Shown here: in pieces, positions 1-10,352 of the stretch
Layout: each line of letters opens with the position of its first letter
Position numbering within the stretch: the first letter of the stretch is position 1
IMG/VR virus record: IMGVR_UViG_3300020419_000004
Source of the DNA: a virus
Length of the DNA stretch: 64,000 nt
Reading direction: 5' to 3' (one strand)
Position numbers and translations under genes: made by a program
Notes under the pieces: generated by a model
The model's database searches: none
What the model was told of the DNA's origin: nothing
Seen by the model: only the letters and a program-made list of their open reading frames with translations

Positions 1-858
1 ACTCGTTGGTTCGCTGACCTTGCAAAAGAAAAAGGTGCAGCAAGAGTAAACTATCAGGCAGTTGGATCTGGTAGTGGTCGTAAGGCATTTATTGATGAGA
101 CAGTAAACTTTGGTGCATCTGATGATCCTATGAAGGACGCAGACATTGCTAAAGTAAAACGTGGTCTAGTTCAGATACCTATGACAGGTGGAACAATCGC
201 ATTTGGATACAACAATCCTGGTTGTGATCTTAAATTGACACAACAAAAGGCAGTTGAAGTTGCTATGGGTATGATTGACAACTGGAAAGAACTTGGATGT
301 GATGACCAGAAGTTAACTTGGGCACATCGTTCAGATGGTTCTGGTACAACTAAGGCATTCACTAATAGTATGGAAGCATTCTCTCCTACATGGACACTAG
401 GTACAGGTAAGTCTGTAGCGTGGCCAAAAGGAGTTGGTGGTAAGGGTAATGCTGGTGTTGCTGGTGTTATTAAGAATACACCTGGTGCTATCGGTTATGT
501 GAATCAGTCTTACATTGATGACACTGTTGTAGCAGCTGCACTTCAAAACTTAAACGGTGAGTTTGTAAAACCATCTGTTGAAGCTGGAGCAAAGGCACTT
601 AATGGTATTGAGTTAGATGAAAACCTAGCAGGTAAGAACCCTAACCCAACAGCAGAAGGAGCATATCCAATTGCTACATTGACATGGATACTTGCATATG
701 AAGAGGGCAATGGTAGAAATACCAAAGCAATCAAATCTACATTGAGTAGATTACTAAGTGATGAGTATCAGGACAAAGCACCTAAGTTAGGGTTTGTTCC
801 TTTGAAAGGTGACATTCTTGAGAAATCTCGTGCTGCTGTTGATAGAATCAGCAAGTAG
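1..858 (+). CDS. pstS: Phosphate ABC transporter substrate-binding protein, 5'-truncated by the window
   Basis: Frame 1 is open from base 1 (TRWFADLAKEKGAARVNYQAVGSGSGRKAFIDETVNFGASDDPM); motifs HRSDGSGTT, GGKGNAGVA, IGYV, AYPI. Confidence 0.95.
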   Translation, partial: TRWFADLAKEKGAARVNYQAVGSGSGRKAFIDETVNFGASDDPMKDADIAKVKRGLVQIPMTGGTIAFGYNNPGCDLKLTQQKAVEVAMGMIDNWKELGCDDQKLTWAHRSDGSGTTKAFTNSMEAFSPTWTLGTGKSVAWPKGVGGKGNAGVAGVIKNTPGAIGYVNQSYIDDTVVAAALQNLNGEFVKPSVEAGAKALNGIELDENLAGKNPNPTAEGAYPIATLTWILAYEEGNGRNTKAIKSTLSRLLSDEYQDKAPKLGFVPLKGDILEKSRAAVDRISK

Positions 859-887
859 TATATATACTGTTAGTAATTGCTAACATA

Positions 888-1535
888 ATGGATCAAGATG
901 AAGCGATGTTTGGTGCGGAACCAAAACCAAAGAAGAAAATAAATTTGACCAAGTGGTTTGCCCTAGGTGTGGGTGGACTGGTTGGTCTTTCTCATATTGG
1001 TATGATTGGCATGGTTGCCAATAGGAAGGATGGAGTACCTAAGTTAGACATACCTGTAGGACCTTACACATCTTACGTGGTTCAAGCAGACAAAGAGGGA
1101 TACAAGATCAGTTATACTGCAAACGATCCCAAGACAGCGTATATAACTAAGGACATCAAAGAGAAGGGTGGTTTCTTAGGACTAGCAAATAATACACAGA
1201 AGGTAGTAGAAGAATACTTCATGGATGGTCAGATCAACCAAGGTGGTGCAGTATCGAATCATAGATCATGGTTAGATGGACAACCAGGTTTAACACAAGG
1301 TGAAGCAACAAAGATAACTGCTGCCCGAAAAAGTGAAGCCTGTATCAAAGCAATCGGAAGTGCAGAAGGTACAGGTCGTCTCGTGGGTACAAGTATTGGT
1401 GCTAGTGCTGCCCCTGCTCTTAGTGGTATCCCCTTTGTTGGTTGGGTCGCTGCTGGTTGGGTGGCAATGTTTGGCGGTAATCAAGGAGCTGATATAGGCG
1501 GTACCATGGCAGAAGACATCAACAAGAACTGTTGA
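888..1535 (+). CDS. Hypothetical membrane-anchored protein with C-terminal glycine-zipper-like segment
   Basis: N-terminal hydrophobic stretch (WFALGVGGLVGLSHIGMIGMV); C-terminal GTSIGASAAPALSGIPFVGWVAAGWVAMFGG. Confidence 0.75.
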   Translation: MDQDEAMFGAEPKPKKKINLTKWFALGVGGLVGLSHIGMIGMVANRKDGVPKLDIPVGPYTSYVVQADKEGYKISYTANDPKTAYITKDIKEKGGFLGLANNTQKVVEEYFMDGQINQGGAVSNHRSWLDGQPGLTQGEATKITAARKSEACIKAIGSAEGTGRLVGTSIGASAAPALSGIPFVGWVAAGWVAMFGGNQGADIGGTMAEDINKNC

Positions 1536-1560
1536 CACCTCAGAAATAATATACTATACT
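1532..1560 (+). promoter_or_regulatory. sigma70-type promoter
   Basis: TTGACA(1532)-17 nt-TATACT(1555). Confidence 0.85.
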
Positions 1561-1638
1561 GACCACAGGAGATTCGACTTTTTGAGCACCAGAAAGTCGG
1601 AAAAAAAATTCGGGTAATTTTTTGCCCTATAGGTTTTT

Positions 1639-1998
1639 ATGATTAAAAAATTAATTAACAAATATCTCAATCTGATCAAAAAGGTTGATGAAAGGCATTA
1701 TTGGCCACTTTTCATATTTCTGTCATGTTACTTTGTAGTGCCATATTCAGAATATGTCATTACACTACTAATTGTCTTGTATTTCAAATTTGAAGCACAA
1801 TTTCGTAAATGGGGTGCTAGACTGATTCGCCCATTTCCTGAGTGGATCAGATATGGTACTTCTACGATTTTCTTCCTTGTTATGTTAGATGATACACTTG
1901 CATATCTTAGTATTATAGCAATTGCTTTCTGGAGTAACAGAGCGTTAAAAAATAGAGAAAAAAAACTAAATAAAGAATTAAACTCTAATGCAGAATGA
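1639..1998 (+). CDS. Hypothetical membrane protein
   Basis: Two to three hydrophobic segments; ATGA overlap with the next gene. Confidence 0.7.
   Translation: MIKKLINKYLNLIKKVDERHYWPLFIFLSCYFVVPYSEYVITLLIVLYFKFEAQFRKWGARLIRPFPEWIRYGTSTIFFLVMLDDTLAYLSIIAIAFWSNRALKNREKKLNKELNSNAE
1966..1972 (+). promoter_or_regulatory. Late (gp55-type) promoter
   Basis: CTAAATA about 23 nt before the glutaredoxin start. Confidence 0.55.
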
Positions 1999-2231
1999 AC
2001 TTTACCGTATACTCAAAGGACGGATGCCCTTATTGCACCAAAGTTACTGAAGTGCTAGATATCGCTAAATTTAAGTTTGTCGAATATAAACTAGATCAAC
2101 ATTTCGACAGACATGCCTTTTATGAGGAGTTTGGAGGAAATGCAACATTCCCCCAAGTCATGTGTAACGGAGTGAAATTGGGTGGATGTCAAGAAACTGT
2201 TAAATACCTCAAAGAACACAACATGGTCTAA
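1995..2231 (+). CDS. nrdC: Glutaredoxin
   Basis: CPYC active site; TFPQV and GG motifs. Confidence 0.92.
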   Translation: MNFTVYSKDGCPYCTKVTEVLDIAKFKFVEYKLDQHFDRHAFYEEFGGNATFPQVMCNGVKLGGCQETVKYLKEHNMV

Positions 2232-2569
2232 TGGATAAAGAAGACGTACTCATTGACATTGTAGAGAAAGTTGTCAATGACGCAATGTTTGCCCACAAGC
2301 ATACTTTCAAAATGTACGACTATTTGATATCCAACGATCTGACAAAACGTGACGTAGTAGATTTCCTCAAGTGTGGAACTGCTAAAAACATCAAAATAAC
2401 ACTTGAAGACCTCGACCTCTTAATTGAGGGGGGTCGTTCTGATATTAAGGAAGCGTATCCAAATTGGAAGAAATCCGAAGCAAGAAAGATCAGAAAATAC
2501 CTTAAATCAATTATTAGTGATGCTGAAAAATACACCGTTAAAAAGTCCCGAAGAGTTCGCTCTAAATAG
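2231..2569 (+). CDS. Conserved cyanophage hypothetical protein
   Basis: 112 aa ORF coupled to the upstream gene; EAYPNWKKSEARKIRKYL. Confidence 0.75.
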   Translation: MDKEDVLIDIVEKVVNDAMFAHKHTFKMYDYLISNDLTKRDVVDFLKCGTAKNIKITLEDLDLLIEGGRSDIKEAYPNWKKSEARKIRKYLKSIISDAEKYTVKKSRRVRSK

Positions 2570-2582
2570 GGGTATAGAGATT

Positions 2583-2702
2583 ATGCTGCCTAGAGCAAGG
2601 AGGGTAAGGCAACCAAGTTGGATTGATCGTACCTTTCGCTTACTAGATCGTTGGGTGCGTATTAGAATAGACATACGTAAGGAGGAACTCAATGGAAACT
2701 AG
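2583..2702 (+). CDS. Small basic protein (39 aa), true start inside track ORF 2424..2702
   Basis: MLPRARRVRQPSWIDRTFRLLDRWVRIRIDIRKEELNGN; late promoter CTAAATA at 2562-2568 just upstream. Confidence 0.6.
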   Translation: MLPRARRVRQPSWIDRTFRLLDRWVRIRIDIRKEELNGN

Positions 2703-2928
2703 TACAATACTCTTTTTTTCGGGAGTTGGAATGTTTATAACGCTATTACTCGGTGGGGTAATTGGATGGCAATATAACGAGGCCGTGAGCAAGCATACAT
2801 ATAAGAGACAATTAGATAACTTACATCCTGAGTTCTTAGATGGCAACGGATCGTATGTTAACGAAGAACTTCTCGCAGTTCGTTTTCCAGATCCAGATGA
2901 TCTGCTTGACGAAGACGACGAAGTATGA
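2692..2928 (+). CDS. DUF2973-like small membrane protein
   Basis: N-terminal TM then HPEFLDGNG...EELLAVRF; strong SD (AAGGAGG). Confidence 0.65.
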   Translation: METSTILFFSGVGMFITLLLGGVIGWQYNEAVSKHTYKRQLDNLHPEFLDGNGSYVNEELLAVRFPDPDDLLDEDDEV

Positions 2929-2934
2929 TACAAT
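2906..2934 (+). promoter_or_regulatory. sigma70-type promoter
   Basis: TTGACG-17 nt-TACAAT. Confidence 0.7.
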
Positions 2935-2953
2935 AGTAAAAATGTGATTTGAT

Positions 2954-3409
2954 ATGGCAGCAAGAAAACTACCAAATGATGCATTAGTAACCGAAATCCT
3001 TCAAAAGGTCTCCTCAGCGAAGACTAAGAAGGAAAAAGTAGATCTACTCCAAGAGTATAATCAAGATGCGTTACGTGCAATTTTAATCATCAATTTTGAT
3101 GAAACATTAAAATTTCTCCTACCAGATGGAGAAGTACCATTCAATGCTAATGATGCACCTGCAGGTACAGAGCATACTCGTTTAACACATGAGTATCGTG
3201 GACTATACAGGTTCTTCAAAGGTGGAGATAGTTCTATTAAAGGAATGAAGAGAGAACAACTCTTTGTACAGTTATTAGAAGGACTTCATGAAGACGAAGC
3301 AAATCTATTAGTAAGTGCCTGTAATAAGGATATTCAATCAAAATATCGTATTACTAAACAAGTGGTATCTGAAGCATTCCCATCTATAGAATGGGGCAAC
3401 AGAGGATGA
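2954..3409 (+). CDS. Conserved T4-like cyanophage hypothetical protein
   Basis: 151 aa; EILQKVSSAKTKKEKVDLL, KREQLFVQLLEGLH. Confidence 0.8.
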   Translation: MAARKLPNDALVTEILQKVSSAKTKKEKVDLLQEYNQDALRAILIINFDETLKFLLPDGEVPFNANDAPAGTEHTRLTHEYRGLYRFFKGGDSSIKGMKREQLFVQLLEGLHEDEANLLVSACNKDIQSKYRITKQVVSEAFPSIEWGNRG

Positions 3410-3726
3410 TCTGGAACAGTAATGAAGAGATAGCATCAATCAAAGACAAGTACACTGTCATTCTTTTGCACAGTGCTTGTGATTATGCTGTATCCAGAAG
3501 CAAAAAACTTCCTACTAATGCATGTCTAGTCCATTACCTAGACATGAAGAAGGGGGAAGAGCATTACTCTGATCACTATGATATAGTAATGGGAAGCAAA
3601 GTAAACATTTTTGATTGCTATTATGACAAAATCGGATCAAAACACCTCAAATCCATCGGATTCTGCGGAGGAACAGTTTCTCCAGGAAATTTCAATATCA
3701 AAACATATCTCGCAGCAAGCAAATGA
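3406..3726 (+). CDS. Hypothetical protein
   Basis: ATGA overlap at 3406-3409 gives the likely start. Confidence 0.65.
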   Translation: MIWNSNEEIASIKDKYTVILLHSACDYAVSRSKKLPTNACLVHYLDMKKGEEHYSDHYDIVMGSKVNIFDCYYDKIGSKHLKSIGFCGGTVSPGNFNIKTYLAASK

Positions 3727-3853
3727 TCTCTTCAAAGAGAAGAGAAAGAACCCAAAGGATTTCTTATTTGAAGCAGATCCTAATGTTCAAGACATTGATG
3801 AACTAGCAGATAACCTTTTTGAAGCACTATATGATCACACAAACAATAAATAG
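3623..3853 (+). CDS. Hypothetical acidic protein overlapping the previous gene by 104 nt
   Basis: Only sizeable ORF covering 3727-3830; helical acidic C-terminus DIDELADNLFEALYD. Confidence 0.5.
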   Translation: MTKSDQNTSNPSDSAEEQFLQEISISKHISQQANDLFKEKRKNPKDFLFEADPNVQDIDELADNLFEALYDHTNNK

Positions 3854-4055
3854 TGATATAGACCTACTACATCACTTAAGAGAATACGAACGCATTGCCA
3901 ATGGGCAAAATCAGGAAACTGAGTGTATGCGTTCCTTTTTGCTCTTTTGGAACCAGTATCCAGTCAACTCGGTAGAAATAGTAAACGAGTGGATTGGATT
4001 TAGAACCCACCATGAAAGACAAAAAAGCAGCGAAAAAATTAATAAAAAGAGCTAA
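3831..4055 (+). CDS. Hypothetical protein (start uncertain)
   Basis: Only ORF covering 3854-4011; a late-promoter-like ATAAATA lies at 3846-3852. Confidence 0.4.
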   Translation: MITQTINSDIDLLHHLREYERIANGQNQETECMRSFLLFWNQYPVNSVEIVNEWIGFRTHHERQKSSEKINKKS

Positions 4056-4266
4056 ACTACATCCTGAGTGGTATACCAAGCAAGAAGCATGGTATGCTAA
4101 AATGATTAAAAAACAACATGAACGTAAAATTGATGAGCGTGACCCCAGACGCAGAAAAGACGATGGGGTACGTAGCGAGAGTGAGCAATCCGAACAACCA
4201 AGGAAATCCAGCAGTAGCTGGTTTACTAGGCTATTGCATAAAGCACGGTCACTGGTCAGTTTTTGA
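4012..4266 (+). CDS. Small basic protein overlapping thyX
   Basis: MKDKKAAKKLIKRAKLHPEWY, typical of the cyanophage gene preceding thyX. Confidence 0.6.
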   Translation: MKDKKAAKKLIKRAKLHPEWYTKQEAWYAKMIKKQHERKIDERDPRRRKDDGVRSESEQSEQPRKSSSSWFTRLLHKARSLVSF

Positions 4267-4759
4267 GCAAGCACACATGACAGTGGAGATTGAGACTACT
4301 CGTGGTCTCGCTGCACAAATATTAAGACATAGATCATTTACGTTTCAGGAGTTCTCACAAAGATATGCTGACACTAATCTGTTAGCAGAAGAGATCCCCA
4401 TGTTCGATCTTCGTAGTCAAGATTTAAAAAATAGACAGAACAGTATAGACGATGTACCGAAGAACAAAAAAGCAGATCTCCAATACAAGATTGCTGAACA
4501 TTTTGTTGAAGCGATGGATCTATACAACGAACTCCTCGCTTCGGGTATTGCGAAGGAATGTGCGAGATTTGTTCTCCCGTTAGCGACACCTACAAGACTG
4601 TATATGACAGGCAGTGTTCGGTCATGGATCCACTATATAGATTTAAGATCCGCACACGGAACACAAAAAGAACATATGGACGTAGTACATGAAGTCAGGC
4701 AGATTTTTAAACAACAGTTTCCTATCTGCACCAACGCTCTAAATTGGGAGTATAAGTAA
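4118..4759 (+). CDS. thyX: Flavin-dependent thymidylate synthase
   Basis: ThyX signature RHRSFTFQEFSQRY; HWSVFE; ARFVLP. Confidence 0.97.
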   Translation: MNVKLMSVTPDAEKTMGYVARVSNPNNQGNPAVAGLLGYCIKHGHWSVFEQAHMTVEIETTRGLAAQILRHRSFTFQEFSQRYADTNLLAEEIPMFDLRSQDLKNRQNSIDDVPKNKKADLQYKIAEHFVEAMDLYNELLASGIAKECARFVLPLATPTRLYMTGSVRSWIHYIDLRSAHGTQKEHMDVVHEVRQIFKQQFPICTNALNWEYK

Positions 4760-4998
4760 TGCCAATGTATTCAGTGAAACACCTTAAAACAGGTGAGCAA
4801 AAAGAAATGACTATGACCATTTCCCAATATGAGGAATGGAGGAAAGATAATCCCGATTGGGATAAAGACTGGATGGCAGGTGTAGCATCTGCAGTCAGTG
4901 GGGTAGGTGACTACCAAAACAAACTTCCTCAAGGTTTCAAAGATCGTTTAAATAACGTCAAGAAACATCACCCATACGCTAAGTTCGACAAAATCTAA
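4759..4998 (+). CDS. Conserved hypothetical protein (FmdB-like start MPxY)
   Basis: Position between thyX and phoH; MPMYSVKHLKTGE. Confidence 0.7.
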   Translation: MPMYSVKHLKTGEQKEMTMTISQYEEWRKDNPDWDKDWMAGVASAVSGVGDYQNKLPQGFKDRLNNVKKHHPYAKFDKI

Positions 4999-5745
4999 AT
5001 GCCTGTAAAAAGTAAGAAGCAACCAACACTTGTTGGTCTATCCACTAGACAAATGAGAAGAAAACCGATCGGTACAGAACATCTAATAGATATCAAACCT
5101 CTCACTGATAATCAGGAGAAGGTGTTTGAGGCATGGGATAAATCTAAAAACTTATTCTTATTTGGATGTGCTGGTACTGGTAAATCATTTATTACCATTT
5201 ATCTTGCACTTCGTGATATACTAGATGAGAAGACACCATATGATAAACTCTATATTGTCAGGTCATTAGTACCTACAAGGGAGATTGGTTTCTTACCAGG
5301 TGACCATGAGGACAAAGCAAACCTCTATCAGATACCATATAAGAACATGGTTAGGTTCATGTTCAATATGCCTGATGACCCATCATTTGAAATGCTCTAT
5401 GCTAATTTAAAACAGCAAGACACTATATCATTTTGGTCTACAAGTTTCATCCGTGGAACTACCATAGATAACAGTATAGTCTTAGTGGATGAATCAGAGA
5501 ACCTAAACTTCCACGAACTTGACTCCATAATCACACGTCTAGGAGTTAACAGTAAGATTGTATTTGCAGGAGACGCTGCACAAACTGACTTGACAAAAGC
5601 CCATGAGAAAACTGGTATCATGGACTTTAAAAAGATTATTGATGACATGGATGAATTTGAGGGTATCGAATTCGGTATTGATGACATCGTTAGATCTGGT
5701 CTAGTCAAATCCTATTTGATTAGTAAGATGAACCTTGGACTTTAA
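4999..5745 (+). CDS. phoH: PhoH-family ATPase
   Basis: GCAGTGKS P-loop; IGFLPG; RGTT; DESEN; GDAAQTD; DIVRSGLV. Confidence 0.96.
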   Translation: MPVKSKKQPTLVGLSTRQMRRKPIGTEHLIDIKPLTDNQEKVFEAWDKSKNLFLFGCAGTGKSFITIYLALRDILDEKTPYDKLYIVRSLVPTREIGFLPGDHEDKANLYQIPYKNMVRFMFNMPDDPSFEMLYANLKQQDTISFWSTSFIRGTTIDNSIVLVDESENLNFHELDSIITRLGVNSKIVFAGDAAQTDLTKAHEKTGIMDFKKIIDDMDEFEGIEFGIDDIVRSGLVKSYLISKMNLGL

Positions 5746-6403
5746 ACATTTAAACATACATAACTTTCCAGAGTTAAAAGCAACAACAACTACAAAGGGT
5801 AGGAGGTATCGTGTTGAAGATACTTTCTACCCTTCTGTTACGACTGTGATAGGGCATTCTAAAAAGAAGTCTATTATGGAGTGGAGAAACAGGGTAGGTG
5901 AAGAGGAAGCAAATAGGGTTACTAAACGTGCTACAACTCGTGGTAATAAGTGCCACAAACTTGCGGAGTTGTATCTTGAAAACAAAGATATAAGCAAATA
6001 TAAGGATGATCCACTATCCATGGGTATGTTTTATCAGATCAAACCCCACATAGATAGTATCAACAACATACATGCAATAGAAGCACCTTTATCCAGTAAG
6101 TTGCTGAAGTTAGCAGGTCGAGTGGATTGTATTGCGGAGTATAAGGGAGAACTTGCGATAATAGATTTCAAAACCAGTACAAAGGAGAAACGTGAAGAAT
6201 GGATACACGACTACTTTGCACAAGAGACAGCGTATGCTATAATGTTTCAAGAGCTAACAGGATTACAAGTTAAGAAGTTAGTTACGATCATTGCCTGTGA
6301 AACAGGCTCACCTCAAATATTTGAAATTTATGACAAGTTTAAGTATGCTCGCAAACTTAAAGGATATATTGACTCCTACCGAGAAGCATATGGCGAGTGG
6401 TAA
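5735..6403 (+). CDS. PD-(D/E)XK exonuclease (cyanophage core)
   Basis: PSVTTV; RGNKCH; LAGRVDCIAEYKGELAIIDFKT; QETAYA. Confidence 0.88.
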   Translation: MDFKHLNIHNFPELKATTTTKGRRYRVEDTFYPSVTTVIGHSKKKSIMEWRNRVGEEEANRVTKRATTRGNKCHKLAELYLENKDISKYKDDPLSMGMFYQIKPHIDSINNIHAIEAPLSSKLLKLAGRVDCIAEYKGELAIIDFKTSTKEKREEWIHDYFAQETAYAIMFQELTGLQVKKLVTIIACETGSPQIFEIYDKFKYARKLKGYIDSYREAYGEW

Positions 6404-6647
6404 GATAGATGAAGTCTTTGAAGAAAATTTTATGACTGCTGCGAAGTTCTCAGTAGAAATAGAAAAGATAGTCAAAGATAGCAGTCTCAACTACATCGAA
6501 GCTGTAGTACAGTTTTGTGAAGACAAGAATATAGAAATGGATGGCATCAGTAAACTGATATCAAAACCATTAAAAGAAAAATTAAAATATGAGGCACAAC
6601 GTCTCAATTACATGAAGAAAACCTCTAGAGGTCTATTGAAACTGTGA
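6390..6647 (+). CDS. gp33: Late transcription coactivator gp33
   Basis: NYIEAVVQFCED; LISKPLKEKLKYEAQRLNY; precedes gp59. Confidence 0.9.
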   Translation: MASGKIDEVFEENFMTAAKFSVEIEKIVKDSSLNYIEAVVQFCEDKNIEMDGISKLISKPLKEKLKYEAQRLNYMKKTSRGLLKL

Positions 6648-7228
6648 CAGGTTTTGAAGTTTACAAGATGTACCTTGCTCTGAAACTTCATTTTACTTCC
6701 AACACCTATGACTATTTTCAATATGGTGGAAATGCTAAGGCATCACAGGTTTCTTTTGACCAAAGAAGAGATAAGTTCTTTTTTGTCAAACTTTCAAGGA
6801 AGTTCAAGGACTTCGAGTTACGCGAATTTTTTGTAGCAAATTTAATCGCAGAGGATAAGGTATATCCTGCAACCCTAGTCAGAGAGGGTGCCAAGAATTA
6901 TGCCGAGTATACCAAACGCAAACAATCTCTGACTTATCACTTCAAGGAAGATGTGGCAGCACTTCACGAGGAATGCGAGAAGTTTGATGATCTCTTTAAG
7001 ATACAGTCAGTGCACCCACCCTTGCTAAAAGCACACTTAGGTGGTAGAATATGTTTGGAGACATTAACCATCTTTAACAAGATCTTCCAGTATGCACCTC
7101 AGTTTGATAAACATATCAAAGAAGAGATAGTCTGGAAGCCATTGAGGAACAAGGTAGTTAAATACGACCCCTTCCTGAGTGTAGACTTGGGTAAATATAA
7201 GAGAATAGTAAAAGCACAGTACTTATGA
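6644..7228 (+). CDS. gp59: Helicase loader gp59
   Basis: VYKMYLALKLHF...YDYFQY; RRDKFFFVKL. Confidence 0.9.
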   Translation: MTGFEVYKMYLALKLHFTSNTYDYFQYGGNAKASQVSFDQRRDKFFFVKLSRKFKDFELREFFVANLIAEDKVYPATLVREGAKNYAEYTKRKQSLTYHFKEDVAALHEECEKFDDLFKIQSVHPPLLKAHLGGRICLETLTIFNKIFQYAPQFDKHIKEEIVWKPLRNKVVKYDPFLSVDLGKYKRIVKAQYL

Positions 7229-7545
7229 AATTTTTCAAGTCTGAGATAGTTCAAAGGGAACTCGAACAGATGCAAGAACTCTATCTAGAAATTAACAAGA
7301 TGGGTTTATTGTTGAGCACAGAGCAGAAACGAGAACAACTTCAGAAGATGATGGAACTCATAAATCTACAGCAAACTATGTACATGCGTGTAACGTTATC
7401 TGACGATCCTGACGCTAAACAGTTAGTGAATCAAGTTAAACAGGCAGCAAGTATGTTGGGAATGTCACCTAACGAGGTCGGACCCCAATTTTATGATACA
7501 TTAAAGGACAATGTACAAGAAATGATCAACCAATTACCTAAATAA
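7225..7545 (+). CDS. DUF1825-family protein
   Basis: FFKSEIVQ; R.TLSDDPDAK. Confidence 0.7.
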   Translation: MKFFKSEIVQRELEQMQELYLEINKMGLLLSTEQKREQLQKMMELINLQQTMYMRVTLSDDPDAKQLVNQVKQAASMLGMSPNEVGPQFYDTLKDNVQEMINQLPK

Positions 7546-7549
7546 TTTC

Positions 7550-7633
7550 ATGCATTTAATAATTATGGGCGTAGCAATCGTATTGATTGTTACTATAATT
7601 TGCGTACTAGTTCTATACGATCCACACTCATGA
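7550..7633 (+). CDS. 27-aa membrane peptide (not in ORF track)
   Basis: MHLIIMGVAIVLIVTIICVLVLYDPHS; late promoter CTAAATA at 7538; ATGA overlap with purN. Confidence 0.6.
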   Translation: MHLIIMGVAIVLIVTIICVLVLYDPHS

Positions 7634-8262
7634 GATTAGCCGTACTGTGTTCTGGAAATGGTTCAAATTTCGAGAATATAGTGCGAACGTGTAGAAGTGA
7701 CGAAGTTGTGTTAATGATCCATAACAAACCCAAGTGCGGTGCTGCAAAGCGTGCCGATAAACTTGGAATACCTCATTCATACATCGAGTCAACCGACGAA
7801 ATCAACATGATTCGTCTCATTCAAGCATGGAATGTAGATCTAATCGTACTCGCAGGATGGATGCGAATTGTTACAAAAGATTTTATAAACGCATTCCGTG
7901 GTAGAATAATTAACGTTCACCCCTCTCTCTTACCTAAGTATAAGGGGTTACATGCAGTAGAACAGGCAATGGACGCAGGTGATGAATACACTGGTGCCAC
8001 TGTTCACTACGTTAACGAAGAACTCGATGGTGGCGAAATCATCATCCAGTCTAAAGTTCCTATATTACATAATGATGATATCAAGTCACTTACCAAGGCG
8101 ATTCAACGAAGAGAATACGCAATCCTTCCAGAGGCTATTAAACATGTTAAGCAACAACTACAGAAACAAGATAGTGGATATCTGTTGCAGGATGATATCT
8201 ACCGATGGGACGGTAGAATTAGACGAAAGGATTTGGATGAACAAATTGTGCAGCAACAATAA
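7630..8262 (+). CDS. purN: Phosphoribosylglycinamide formyltransferase
   Basis: SGNGSNF; LAGWMRI; INVHPSLLP; GATVHYV..ELDGGEII. Confidence 0.96.
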   Translation: MRLAVLCSGNGSNFENIVRTCRSDEVVLMIHNKPKCGAAKRADKLGIPHSYIESTDEINMIRLIQAWNVDLIVLAGWMRIVTKDFINAFRGRIINVHPSLLPKYKGLHAVEQAMDAGDEYTGATVHYVNEELDGGEIIIQSKVPILHNDDIKSLTKAIQRREYAILPEAIKHVKQQLQKQDSGYLLQDDIYRWDGRIRRKDLDEQIVQQQ

Positions 8263-8329
8263 GTCTGCTTCAGCACTTGCGGGTGCTTTATTATGCCCTG
8301 ATTATATACCTCACGAATATGAGCAATGA
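8144..8329 (+). CDS. Conserved cyanophage hypothetical protein overlapping the purN 3' end
   Basis: MLSNNYRNKIVDICCRMI...ERIWMNKL. Confidence 0.6.
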   Translation: MLSNNYRNKIVDICCRMISTDGTVELDERIWMNKLCSNNKSASALAGALLCPDYIPHEYEQ

Positions 8330-8935
8330 AATTATTCCACTGTTTTCTACACCAGTATACAAAACCTCAGTAGAGGTAACTGATTTAGATACAGTACTGA
8401 AGACTATACCATACGAACCATACCCAGATAATAGCGGATATACAAGTAAAGACGTAAAGATATTACTCTCAGAACCTTTTAAAGGTATTAGAAAACTTAT
8501 CGAACAGCACATGAACATGTACTGTTTCGAGTTGCTTAAACTTGCCAACTGTAGGATTAAGCATTCACAGTCATGGATCAACCTTCATAAACCTGGTAAC
8601 TATTCACCTAAGCACTACCATAGCAACTCATGCTTTAGTGGTGGTCTTTATCTTGATGTGCCAGAGGGTAGTGGTGGATTAGTGTTCTGTGCATCACATA
8701 CATCACCAACTTATACCACTGGTACAGTGAGACCACTCACAACTGATGGTAACATCTTTAACGCTGATAGATGGGGATTTGATGTACAGAAGGGAGATCT
8801 AATTCTCTTCCCGTCACACCTCATGCATCAGACTGATGTCAACGTTACCAATAGCAACCGCTACATGGTAGCGTTCAATTATTTCTTGGAGGGTAAGATC
8901 GGAGATAATACTCGTCAACTTCATATCAAAGTGGT

Positions 8936-8939
<4 letters not shown>
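8319..8939 (+). CDS. 2OG-Fe(II) oxygenase (TIGR02466-like)
   Basis: PLFSTP; WINLHKPGNYSPKHYH...SGGLYL; FPSHLMH; RYMVAFN. Confidence 0.85.
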
Positions 8940-10122
<1,183 letters not shown>

Positions 10123-10146
10123 TGTATTAAGGCGACGGTTTTAATA

Positions 10147-10317
10147 CTGGGAGTGACTGAATAAACTTACTGGCAATCGCTAGTTAAGGTGATGAGACAC
10201 AGGTGGTGCTGCTGCGAGAGCAGAATCGACTTACCAGTCGGGTCTCAGGCAAAGAATGTTTTTTACACTGTAGTAATGCCCATTCTTTTGTTGGTACACA
10301 GTAATCCAACCTCCCCC
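10147..10317 (+). ncRNA. Structured RNA, probably the manA RNA motif
   Basis: Closing stem GGGAG(10149)/CTCCC(10311); internal stems ACTGGC/GCTAGT, TGAGAC/GTCTCA, CTGC-GAGA-GCAG, CGACT/AGTCG, AAAGAATG/CATTCTTT, GTTGG/CCAAC; lies 5' of gp32. Family name from recall. Confidence 0.7.
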
Positions 10318-10352
10318 TTTTCATACACAAATACAATAATAGGAGAATACGT

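Noticed and set aside
5735-6403. Cas4-like nuclease as part of a CRISPR system
   Set aside because: No Cys cluster, array or cas genes; it sits in the core phoH-exo-gp33-gp59 order
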